Of a stretch of DNA of 64,000 nt, positions 51,856 to 63,138 are shown piece by piece. Where the stretch lies: the NCBI RefSeq assembly GCF_006345805.1, contig NC_043018.1:11408001-11472000 (forward strand), in the 5' to 3' direction. Positions within the stretch are counted from its first letter, which is position 1; each line of letters begins with the position of its first letter. The position numbers and the translations under genes were made by a program. The notes under the pieces were generated by a model that did no database searches, was not told where the DNA came from, and saw only the letters and a program-made list of their open reading frames with translations. This DNA comes from Octopus sinensis. Its lineage: Eukaryota.

Positions 51856-53039
51856 GCACACGGACAAGGGCCCGGGAACAGGGGGTGCAATGGGTGCACC
51901 TGCACTCCTTGGAATTTTCAGGTGGTGCAAGATCAAAATTTGCACCCCCTACATAATTTTACCAGTTTCAGAAAAAAGTATCTAAAAAATTATCTGTATA
52001 AGATGCTTGAAGCTAGATTTCGTTTCAAAGTAAAAACAAAGAACAAAAAAATAAATAAATAAAAGTGATGAAGCTGGGTTTAAAATTCCCAAGGGAATTT
52101 ATGACTGACCAACTTCTGAAACAAAGTAGTGTCAAAATAAAAAGTATGTGACAACAACAGCAGTAGCAGCAAACAACAAGAACAACAACATGACCAGCAT
52201 CTAAGGCTACTCTTCAATACATAGTAACATTACTTGGATTCTTGAAGACAACTCTATTCTGACAAAAATAACTCCAAAGTCTTGCAAATGCTATGTGTGA
52301 AGGTTCTTGTCCTCTCTCTATCTGTCACCTCTCTCAAGTTCTTTGTAGTTGATGTCATTATAGACTGACGACATGGTTGAATGGATTCGACTGTTTGACC
52401 GCAGCCTAAAAATAAAAGCCCTTTTAAAATTCTTTCAGTCATATTGGGTTTTCCCATTTAGGTTGTTAGGTCCAAAATTTGACAAGGGAACAAAATGTTT
52501 TATTTTTATCTTTGATATTTAATGCTCATTGTTAAATGCATTGACATTTATTGCTCATTTGAAATACTAGTCCAGTTTAATAAAAAAAATTTTTTAAATG
52601 ATTTTGAAAGGAAACATTTAACTATAAATGATTGCAGACCAGCCCTGAAATTACCTAATTTGCAAAGAAATGTATTCGACAATTTCAGACTAATCTATAT
52701 AAAAAGGAAATGATATTAAAAGCATTACTTACCATCATCCTGATGCAGTTAACCACGAAGATCACTTCAGAGGTGCTTTTTTTCACTCATAAGTCTAACC
52801 CTAGCTGAGGCCAGCACACGGGCTAATATGCTTTTAACAGGGGTCTTTAATTTTACTAATCTTAGCTGGTCCGAGGATTATATCCAGCCTGGAACTAAGC
52901 AACTGAAATGGAGGGATACAAACCCTTTCCTCGATACAACAAAAGACTTTTCTATACAACAAACCATTACCTGTCCAATTAGGGGAAAATAACATACTCA
53001 ACTTTGTCTTTATTCACAATGTTCAGGTCATTCCCACAG

Positions 53040-53375
53040 CAAATTTAGTCGAAAACTTCCTGGAAAGTTCCAAGGATTTTCTAACTTCCTGGGAAGTTCC
53101 GAGGATTTTCCAACTTTCTGGAAATTTGGCCGAAAACTTCCTGGAAAGCTCCAAGGGTTTTCTAACTTCCTGGAAATTTGGTCGAAAACTTCCTAGAAAG
53201 TTCCGATGGTTTCATGGAAAGTTCCGAGGATTTTCTACCTTCCTGGAAATTTGGTAGAAAACTTCCTGGAAAGTTCCAAGGATTTAATAAAAATAATTCC
53301 GAGGATGAGAATTCCTGAAAGATTCTGATGAGAGATTTCCTGGAAAGTTCCGAGGATGAGAATCCCTGGAAAATT
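53040..53375. repeat. Degenerate minisatellite built of AACTTCCTGGAAAGTTCCGAGGAT / TTCCTGGAAATTTGG units
   Basis: Roughly ten imperfect TTCCTGGAAA-type subunits seen directly. Confidence 0.85.
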
Positions 53376-53505
53376 GCAACATATAACAATGATTAAGTAA
53401 TGATTACTTAATCATCGATATATGTTTTGTCTTTCTATATGTGATTTTCTAGATGGTATAATTTAATTTTTCATTATTGAATTGATGAAAGGTGTTTTTT
53501 TTTAA

Positions 53506-53595
<90 letters not shown>

Positions 53596-54602
53596 GGCAA
53601 TGTGACTGTGTGTATATTATAGAAACATGTATATAAATAGTAATGTTGAATAAAAGAAAAACAAAGTAAAGAAAAGAGGATAAAGGAGCTTTGTGTAGCA
53701 GTGCTAGTGATAACCTCTTTAGTGTCAATAGTATGATAAAATGTACAGAGTCTATGTTGGAATATTGTGAAACCTGTCTAAATACTCGTAGCTTGAAGCG
53801 AAATGGACTCAAAATTATGATGTTGGTAATTTCCATGTTAAAAACACACACACACACACATTTACATATTTTCGCATGAGTATGAGTATGGTGTGTGTGT
53901 AAACCCACATACACCATACACAGACACACATGCACATATAAACTGTTGTAGCTGGTTATAAACACAGTTAAGTCTAAATATTACATATTACAAATTACTA
54001 TCTATAGTTATTGAGTTATTGATGACTGATTGCATTTCAAAGCAATCACAATATATCCATTGATCAATTCCCTATTGGTAAGCTTGCATTATTCTAAAAT
54101 ATATAATTAATTTGAACAGAGATAGAACTCAACATCCAACTAAATGTTCCTTACTTTTATTCTAATGTCTAGCAACCTGAACTTAAGTGCCCAGGTTCAG
54201 CAGTAAGTTACAAAGAAAATATTTGATGTATCACGGCAGTCAGGTGCTCATGCATTAACATAAACCATATACAAGAGTCCCCTTGGTAGACAGTTATGCT
54301 TGTATTTGAGAGATAACAAAGATAATTGAGTGTTAACCACTGCTACTTAAAACATAAATGTATTCCAAGCCAACAAACAAACATTAGACATATCTATAGG
54401 TGCAGGTGTAGATGAGGGGTTAAGAGACTTGTTTCTCAACATGTGATTTCAGATTCATTTCTACAGCAGTGTACCTTGGAAAAATTTCTTCCATTTATAG
54501 CTCTAGGCCAAACAAACAGATTTGTTAGAAAATGAAAGGTCATTGTATGTGTGTACATATATATATATATTTACATAAATATATATATTACATAAATATA
54601 TA

Positions 54603-54633
<31 letters not shown>

Positions 54634-55024
54634 GTGTGTGAAGAAAAAAGGGTAAAGACCCCCTTCAGTCATGAATGACCATGGGATTGCACCTACAAAG
54701 TTACTTTCTGAGGCACAAGTCTGGACAAGATTGTGTATGGAAGACCAGCAGTCGCCCATGCATACCTGCTTCCCCTCTCCACACCACTGATGTTATCCAA
54801 GGGGAAGGTAAAAGCTGATACAGCTTGGCACCTGTGACGTCACAACTCATTTCTACAGCTGAGTGAACTGGAGTAGCATGAAATAAAGTGTTTGCCTCAA
54901 GAACCCAACACACAGTCTAGTCCAGGAATCAAACCCACTACTTCATTATTGTGAGCTCAATGCTCTAACCGCTGAGCGATGTGCCTTCACCATATGTGTG
55001 TGTGTGTGTGCACATATATATGTG

Positions 55025-55960
55025 TATTAGGGTGGAGCAGAAAATGTAATTTTCGAAATTGGTAACCAAGAATTGATACTTTGTTGTGAATTAGGGTTAA
55101 AAGAAAGGTGTATAAAGAGCTTTTGGGGGTAAATATTTTTTTCAGGCCTCCACAACATGACTGAAAAATTTTTAAAGTCACTATTTTGGGTTGAATTTTG
55201 GATTTTATGGATTATAAGTCATAACAAAAACATATTTCAACATAGAAGAATGCAAAACAGTAAATATAGTATCCTTAAGAGGTTGCATATCAAGCTTCAA
55301 TACAATCGAATAATATCTTGAGGTTGCACATTGACTATAAAGAGACCGGGAGTGTGAACTTCTCTCCAGTGCCTCTGCAACAGTCGTTGCATGTGGACGT
55401 AGGTCATACATGTGTGAAGTTTTCTGCTTTGTACCTTGACTTTAGGTCATAGTATTAAAATTAACAATCGTGTTAAATTTAGTGTTGTTTACATTTAGTG
55501 ATGACTTATAAGCCAATAACGCGTCAGGATATTGAATGCCCAATATTTGGTACTCCATGTGATCTTAGCGAGTGAGTTTTGCCAACTTACAAGGACATAC
55601 TAAACTGTTTGAATGAGAAAAAGAAAAGAATGTAGTTAAGAAAGATCCTTCAATTAAACAAATTGTCAAGATTGCAGCAGAAAAGATAACTCTTCTTTGG
55701 CAAAAGGTATCCATCCCTTATGCTATGACTGGGTCAGTTAAACCGAAAATCTAAAACTTTTATCTAAAGTACCAGGCATTACTAAAATCTGTGAAAATAG
55801 AAAAGACGTGCCATTGTTTCAGACAAAGGGTAAAGTGTTTAAGAACAATGCAACAAAAGATTTGACATTTCCTGTTGCAAGTGAAACTCCTTTAAAAACT
55901 GAAATTATTTTGAATAAACTGGAAATGCTAATTATTTTTATTACCAAAATGTGTCAAGAT
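55025..55960 (+). mobile_element. Degenerate DNA-transposon-like remnant
   Basis: TAGGGTGG terminus-like start and a broken reading CPIFG...LPTYKDILNC...AAEKITLLWQKVSIP. Superfamily not assignable. Confidence 0.4.
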
Positions 55961-57227
55961 TCAAAAACTAGTTACATGTAATTTTAAGAATTGAATATAG
56001 TTCTCTTCAGTCAGAGTTGATGCAGAGTTAAACATTTGTCTTTATTATTACTCAGGTTGTGAATGACAGTTATAGTTTTTTAACTATAGAAGTAACTGGC
56101 CTTTAGCAGCAAGCAACTCCTTTAACCAATGCAGGAACCTATTTCTTTACTACCCACAAGGGGCTAAACACAGAGAGGACAAACAAGGACAGACAAATGG
56201 ATTAAGTTGATTATATCGACCCCAGTGCATAACTGGTACTTAATTTATCGACCCCGAAAGGATGAAAAGCAAAGATGGAATTTGAACTCAGAACGTAACG
56301 GCAGACGAAATACGGCTACGCATTTCACCCAGCGTGCCAACGTTTCTGCCAGCTCACCGCCTTGTAGAAGATACCCTTAACAACTGATCATCCAGTAGTA
56401 AATTCATAGCCATAGTCAGAAGCCTTTGTCAAACTGATTCAATGACACTCTTCCTTCATAGCAATTGAGCTGTTTATATCCACCCCACTGTTTCTTGTTC
56501 TCTTTGTGTATGTATACATACACACACACACAAATATAGATATATTTCTATATATAACACACACATATACATACATATATATATATGTATCAATGTGAGT
56601 GTGTGTATATAATACACACATGTAATGTATGTACATCTGTGGTATATGTATGTATGTGTGAGGTGAGTATAGATAAATAAATTGATACTTGCCTCTCACA
56701 CCTCCTGACTTTGTTTTATATACATACATGTATATAGTTATGCACACACATACACACACAGAATACTTAGAAAAGTTTCAGCCAGAAATGGCCCTGGCCA
56801 TGGATAACTTAATAACATCACCTGGAAACATGTGTGGCCATGCGGTAAGACATTTGCTTCCCAACCACATGGTTCTGGGTTCAGTCCCACTACATGGCAT
56901 CTTGGACAAATGTCTTCTACTATAGCTTCAGTCTGACCAAAGCCCTGTCAGTGGATTTGGTAGACAGAAACTGAAAGAAGCCCTTTGTATGTATGTGTGT
57001 GTTTTTTGTGTTTCTCCCACCACCACCACCATCATTTGATAATCATTGTTGGTTTGTTTACATCCCTGCAACTTATGCAACTTAATGGTTCAGCAAAATA
57101 GACTGATAGAATAAGTACCAAGCTTAAAATTAAGAGTGATGGGAGTCAATTCATTTGACTAATGCTTTAAGGCAGTGCCCCAGCATGGCCACAGTCTAAT
57201 GACTGAAACAAGTAAAATATAAAAGAT

Positions 57228-57293
<66 letters not shown>

Positions 57294-57399
57294 AATATAT
57301 ATATATATACGTATACCGTATGTATTCTTCATGGTGTGGTGGTGGTGGTGGTGGTGGTGGTGGTGGTGGTGGTGGTGGTGGTGGTGGGATGATGTAACT

Positions 57400-58565
57400 C
57401 TTTACTCTTCCCCAGTTAGAAACTCGCCCCCTTTGTAGAGAGAATTCAGAATTACAATGCCTGTTGACCACTCTCTTTAGCCAGAAACCCCCAACTTTTC
57501 AGGATTACTGCTTCAATATCTAATAATATAAGTAGAACTTAAGTAAGAGTCCAACTTGCCAGAAGACATTATAGCTCTTTCAAGTATTTCTTCATTGTCT
57601 TTCGTCCTGTTTAATAAGCTGGTTGACTGCATTTCAAAATATTCTTGATGTGTCCCCTTGACTGAATCCCACTGGCTAAAGCCTATTTAAGACTACACAA
57701 AGATTACACAAGATATATTCTGAATATTTTTACCAACACAACACCAAAAGATTCCTCTTCAAGTTCTGACTATGTTTTTCTTTCTTGAAATCAGTGATGT
57801 TAATCTTCAGTTTGAAGCTATCTTGAAAAATCCTAATCCAGCAAAAGGATTAGCACCAAGGCTTATCATAGATAAATACAATATGTTACAGGTTCTAATC
57901 TTGACCAGCTGAAGACTTATTGTACTCCTAATCCTCATAGTTGCTGCTGGTTATTTTGTTATTTAGATTTCATTTACATTCTCTAAGAAACTATTTGGTG
58001 TTCGGGGCCCGAACCATTCACTGTTGTTGCTGTTGTTGTTGCTGCTGTAGCTGTTACTGGTGTTTATCACGATGCTTTAACATTGGTGATTTCAAGAAAC
58101 AAAAACAAGGCCAGAACTACTTCTACTACTACTACTACTACTGTTGATGATGATGATGACAACGACGATGACCACAATGACGACGATGATGACCAACACA
58201 ACACCAAAAGAGGAATCTTATCAAAAGAAGAATCTTTTGGTGTTGGTAAAAATATTCAAAATGAATCTTGTATAATCTTAATTAGGTTTTAGCCAATGGG
58301 ATTCAGTCAATCAGACACATCAAGATTATTTTGGAACACAATCAACCAGTTTGTTAAACAAGACTAAAGACTGTGAAGAAATACTCAATACAACTATAAT
58401 ATCTTCTAAGTTGTATCTTTACATACGCACACCTTATGTTGCTGAATATCTAAAAGGAAATCCTAAAAAACTGGGGCTTACAAGCAAAGAAAGTGATCCC
58501 TTAAATACTTACCTTTTAGGAATTCTTCCGACAAGGGGATAGTTTCTAACTGAGAAACAAAGTTC
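57400..58565. repeat. Diverged inverted repeat, about 350-bp arms (57400-57765 / 58225-58565), with a trinucleotide-repeat-rich spacer
   Basis: For example CTTGATGTGTC...TTGACTGAATCCCACTGGCTAAA versus TTTAGCCAATGGGATTCAGTCAA...GACACATCAAG. A related fragment lies at about 20370-20440. Confidence 0.8.
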
Positions 58566-58932
58566 TATCTTGGAGTTTCATCTGCCCCATGCAAGTAGAG
58601 GTAGGTTTTATAAAGCCAAATGCACTTTCTGTCACCAACCCTTAACTGTTCCCAAGAAAGGTTATATTGCCTCTGTGGAGGGAGCCTAGGGATGATCTCT
58701 AATTGTGGAGGGAATCTGTGGAAGGGGTAGATACAGGAAAACGTGGGAGGAAGTAGTGAAAAGGGACGTTCAGATACTGGGTCACACTGATGATGTGCAT
58801 GCATGTGTGTGTGTGTGTATACATCTGCTTTTTCTATACAGGCATGAGTTGAATGAGACTTTTTGAAGCCAGATGTACTTTGTGGAAGCAACTTTTTCTT
58901 GTTTTCAAGTAAGGTGTTTATTCCATTGTTTA

Positions 58933-60480
58933 TACAAGACATAAATGTCACCTCTACCCAAGAGATACGAATAAATATAAATACAAGACATAAATGTCAC
59001 CTCTACCCAAGAGATACGAATAAATATAAATACAAGACATAAATGTCACCTCTACCCAAGAGATACGAATAAATATAAATACAAGACATAAATGTCACCT
59101 CTACCCAAGAGATACGAATAAATAAAATACAAGACATAAATGTCACCTCTACCCAAGAGATACGAATAAATATAAATACAAGACATAAATGTCACCTCTA
59201 CCCAAGAGATACGAATAAATATAAATACAAGACATAAATGTCACCTCTACCCAAGATACGAATAAATATAAATACAAGACATAAATGTCACCTCTACCCA
59301 AGAGATACAATAAATATAAATACAAGACATAAATGTCACCTCTACCCAAGAGATACGAATAAATATAAATACAAGACATAAATGTCACCTCTACCCAAGA
59401 GATACGAATAATATAATACAAGACATAAATGTCACCTCTACCCAGAGATACGAATAAATATAAATACAAACATAAATGTCACCTCTACCCAAGAGATACG
59501 AATAAATATAAATACAAGACATAAATGTCACCTCTACCCAAGAGATACGAATAAATATAAATACAAGACATAAATGTCACCTCTACCCAAGAGATACGAA
59601 TAAATATAAATACAAGACATAAATGTCACCTCTACCCAAGAGATACGAATAAATATAAATACAAGACATAATGTCACCTCTACCAAGAGATACGATAAAT
59701 ATAAATACAAGACATAAATGTCACCTCTACCCAAGAGATACGAATAAATATAAATACAAGACATAAATGTCACCTCTACCCAAGAGATACGAATAAATAT
59801 ATACAAGACATAAATGTCACCTCTACCCAAGAGATACGAATAAATATAAATACAAGACATAAATGTCACCTCTACCCAAGATACGAATAAATATAAATAC
59901 AAGACATAAATGTCACCTCTACCCAAGAGATACGAATAAATATAAATACAAGACATAAATGTCACCTCTACCCAAGAGATACGAATAAATATAATACAAG
60001 ACATAAATGTCACCTCTACCCAAGAGATACGAATAAATATAAATACAAGACATAAATGTCACCTCTACCCAGAGATACGAATAAATATAAATACAGACAT
60101 AAATGTCACCTCTACCCAAGAGATACGAATAAATATAAATACAAGACATAAATGTCACCTCTACCCAAGAGATACGAATAAATATAAATACAAGACATAA
60201 ATGTCACCTCTACCCAAGAGATACGAATAAATATAATACAAGACATAAATGTCACCTCTACCCAAGAGATACGAATAAATATAAATACAAGACATAAATG
60301 TCACCTCTACCCAAGAGATACGAATAAATATAAATACAAGACATAAATGTCACCTCTACCCAAGAGATACGAATAAATATAAATACAAGACATAAATGTC
60401 ACCTCTACCCAAGAGATACGAATAAATATAAATACAAGACATAAATGTCACCTCTACCCAAGAGATACGAATAAATATAA
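58933..60480. repeat. Minisatellite, 49-bp unit x 32 (TACAAGACATAAATGTCACCTCTACCCAAGAGATACGAATAAATATAAA)
   Basis: 32 units counted; variation is almost only 1-2 nt deletions; no spacers. Confidence 0.97.
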
Positions 60481-60538
60481 AGACGTTGAGAAAGCACGTG
60501 AATGCACATGCACACACTCATTAATCGTTGAAACTAAC

Positions 60539-60696
60539 CTTTTAAAATGTGAGTCATTCAAAGGGAAGACCATCGAGTCCAGAATTTGTTTCAAAGATTT
60601 CAGATTTACTTGATTCCGGTTGCCACATTCAGCATCAATTTGACCCAGAAACTTGGTTTGCTGTTCGTTAAGAACATTTTTCAGAATCTCTTCAGC
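60539..60696 (-). CDS. EFCAB6: EFCAB6-like coding exon (not in ORF track)
   Basis: tttttaag acceptor, AG|gttagt donor; AEEILKNVLNEQQTKFLGQIDAECGNRNQVNLKSLKQILDSMVFPLNDSHFK. Phase 0/2 joins to give ...HFKSLFRKY. Confidence 0.85.
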
Positions 60697-62140
60697 CTTA
60701 AAAAGAAAATTTCAGGATAAATGTAGATAAATCAAAGCTCAATTTATTGAGCATTAACACTTTCGTTAAAATATTTCTCTATAAATGCACTTCCTTTGTT
60801 TAATTTGATTTTGAAAAAGAAAATTAAGCTAATGCTCGGAACATAAACCAAATTTTATAATTTTGATCGATTTCAATCACTTTAAAATAGGAAGTTTGTA
60901 CAATCCGTATAATGAATGGGCCAAGGCAGGTTGGTATCAAATAGTTTAAGTTACTTGGTTATTAGACGCATACATTTATTCTTTTACTGGCTTCAGTGAG
61001 TAAGACAATGTTAATGCTGGGGTGTCCCCTTTAAGGATACTATTGATAGAATCTACCACAGTAGTTTACAGGGATATATTTTACCAACCTCAGAAAGACA
61101 GAAAGTGCACCAGTGTGTGATTGAGTTCAGATTGTAATGAGAGGTAAGCAAATTCCAAGAATAACATGGAAAAGTGGTCATTATGATGATATCCTTTGAG
61201 AGGGGGGAGGAGGATGAGAGGAGGTGATCTTGTGCCAGATGAAGAAAGGTTAGAATGTGATAGAGAGACAGAGACAGTGGAGGCGCGTGGCTTAGTGGTT
61301 AGGGTGTTGAACTTATGATCGTAAGGTTGTGGTTTCGATTCCTGGACCGGGCAATGCGTTGTGTTCTTGAGCAAGGCAGCAAGCTTGCAGAAACATTAGC
61401 ACGCCAGGTGAAATGCTTAATGGTATTGCGTCTGCCGTTACGTTCTGAGTTCAAATTCCGCTGAGGTCGACTTTGCCTTTCATCCTTTCGGGGTCGATAA
61501 ATTAAGTACCAGTTATGCACTGGGGTCAATGTAATCAACTTAATCCCTTTGTCTGTCCTTGTTTGTCCCCTCTATGTTTAGCTCCTTGAGGGCAATAAAG
61601 AAATAATAGAGACAGAAACAGGTGTTTTGCTGCAGAGGAGGTGAGAGAGAGAGAGAGAGAGTGAAGAAAACAAGGGTGCAAGAGAGAGAGCAGGAAAGAG
61701 ATGGCGGCAAAGTGCCATGGCACACTCACAAGGAATGGGGATCAGAACATAAATGTGATGGTAGAGTAAAGGAGGAAGAGTTAATTAGATGGTGGCAAGT
61801 GCCAGTACATGCCTATTTCTTTATTGCCCACAAGGGGCTAAACACAGAGGGGACAAACAAGGACAGACAAAGGGATTAAGTCGATTACATTGGCCCTAGT
61901 GCGTAACTGGTACTAAAATTATCGACCCCAAAAGGATGAAAGGCAAAGTCAACCTCGGCAGAATTTGAACTCAGATCATAGCGGCAGACGAAATACAGCT
62001 AAGCATTTCGCCCGGTGTGCTAATGTTTCTGCCCGCTGGCCACACCAAAAACATACACAACAAGTACAGGACATCACCAATGAGTAAAAAATATGTAAAC
62101 ACACGAGAGAAAAGTACATGACAAAATACTAAAAGAAGAT

Positions 62141-62221
62141 AACTCCTCATCAGTTGTCGGACTGTTTATTACTCCCTGTTTCATGCTTTTAGCGACAATA
62201 TAGGGAAACTTCATAAGACAG
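62141..62221 (-). ncRNA. Candidate rearranged (non-circularly permuted) hammerhead ribozyme, copy 2
   Basis: Minus strand: CTGTCTTA TGAAGTTT CCCT ATA TTGTCG CTAAAAGCAT GAAA CAGGG AGTAA TAAACAG TC CGACAA CTGATGA GGAGTT. Covaries with copy 1. Confidence 0.5.
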
Positions 62222-63087
62222 CAACATCCAAAAAATGTTTAAACATAAAATTCACGGGGAGTTCGAGCTCTTGTGCTTATTGTGTATGTTTTTGCTATTT
62301 TGTCCTGTACTTATCATACACAGGATCCACAAAAGCTCAAATTTCACAACTTGCGAAGTAAACACAGCAATGTCACTCAGCACACTGCCTCATGAAGGTC
62401 ACTGCTAGCTCTCACTGCACATGTATCTGTGTGTTGTCATCTGTTGGCCCATTTCAGAACTAGTCCAGGAACTTTTTGATACCACCTCATACACTGGACT
62501 CTCCATACAGTACAGCGAATAGCATTTGTAACACCAGGCACCCTAGAATCTCAACATTGCATATCTTCACCATGTCATCATTTTTATATATACACTATTC
62601 CTGGCTGGTATGCATTGGACAGGACTTTTTAAGGCAGTGTTTCATAGCAAAATGTTCTTTTAATTACCTCTATGACATACAGAAACTCAATGTAAGCATT
62701 GTAAAAACCAAGTAGCACATTGTATGGGTACTTACGGGTCTGTTGCAGGATTATTCATTTTTGCCAGCTGAGTGAGCTGGAGCAATGTGAAATGAAGTGT
62801 TTTGCTCAAGAACACAATGTATCACCAGGTCCAGTAATCGAAACCACAACCTTACAATCATGAGTCCAACACCCCTAACCACCAAGCCACACATCTCCAC
62901 TTATTAATTGACGGTAGCTTTGACAGGTCAAGAATCTAAAGATTACTGATGGGAAAGTTTGTGCTTTATTTATTGTCAAAATTAATTTTCCTCCACAATT
63001 AGTATTTAGTAGCTGATGGATAGCATTGCATTGATTCAAAGAAACAAAATCTCATTTAAAAGAAAGATAATTAATAAAAATTCTTAC

Positions 63088-63138
63088 ACTGCTCCAGAAA
63101 GTATCCTTATTCTTGCTTTCAGAAGTTGGAGACGGTGT
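63088..63138 (-). CDS. EFCAB6: EFCAB6-like small coding exon (not in ORF track)
   Basis: Long pyrimidine tract plus caacag acceptor, AGT|gtaaga donor; TPSPTSESKNKDTFWSS. The join gives FWSSAEEIL, similar to a WxSxEEI motif I recall in EFCAB6. Confidence 0.75.

Larger units (their letters stand above)
20828..63138 (-). other. EFCAB6: Gene span of EFCAB6-like EF-hand calcium-binding domain protein (3' portion, 13 coding exons, about 685 aa; 5' part lies outside the window)
   Basis: All 13 exons splice in frame with compatible phases (2058 nt including stop). Repeated paired EF-hand-like units; the C-terminus resembles vertebrate EFCAB6 as I recall it. Confidence 0.85.

Noticed and set aside
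52234-52405. Possible extra EFCAB6 exon (tttttag acceptor)
   Set aside because: Stops in all frames up to the gtaatg donor, and only a weak gtgaca donor keeps a frame open. Exons 60539-60696 and 51390-51579 already join into a sensible helix-loop.
52725-52790. U1 snRNA-like start (TACTTACC)
   Set aside because: Similarity ends after 8 nt; no U1 stem-loops or Sm site.
59149-60158. ORFs within the 49-bp array
   Set aside because: Translation artefacts of the tandem repeat.
58933-60480. CRISPR array
   Set aside because: Units are contiguous and identical with no unique spacers; eukaryotic context and no cas genes.
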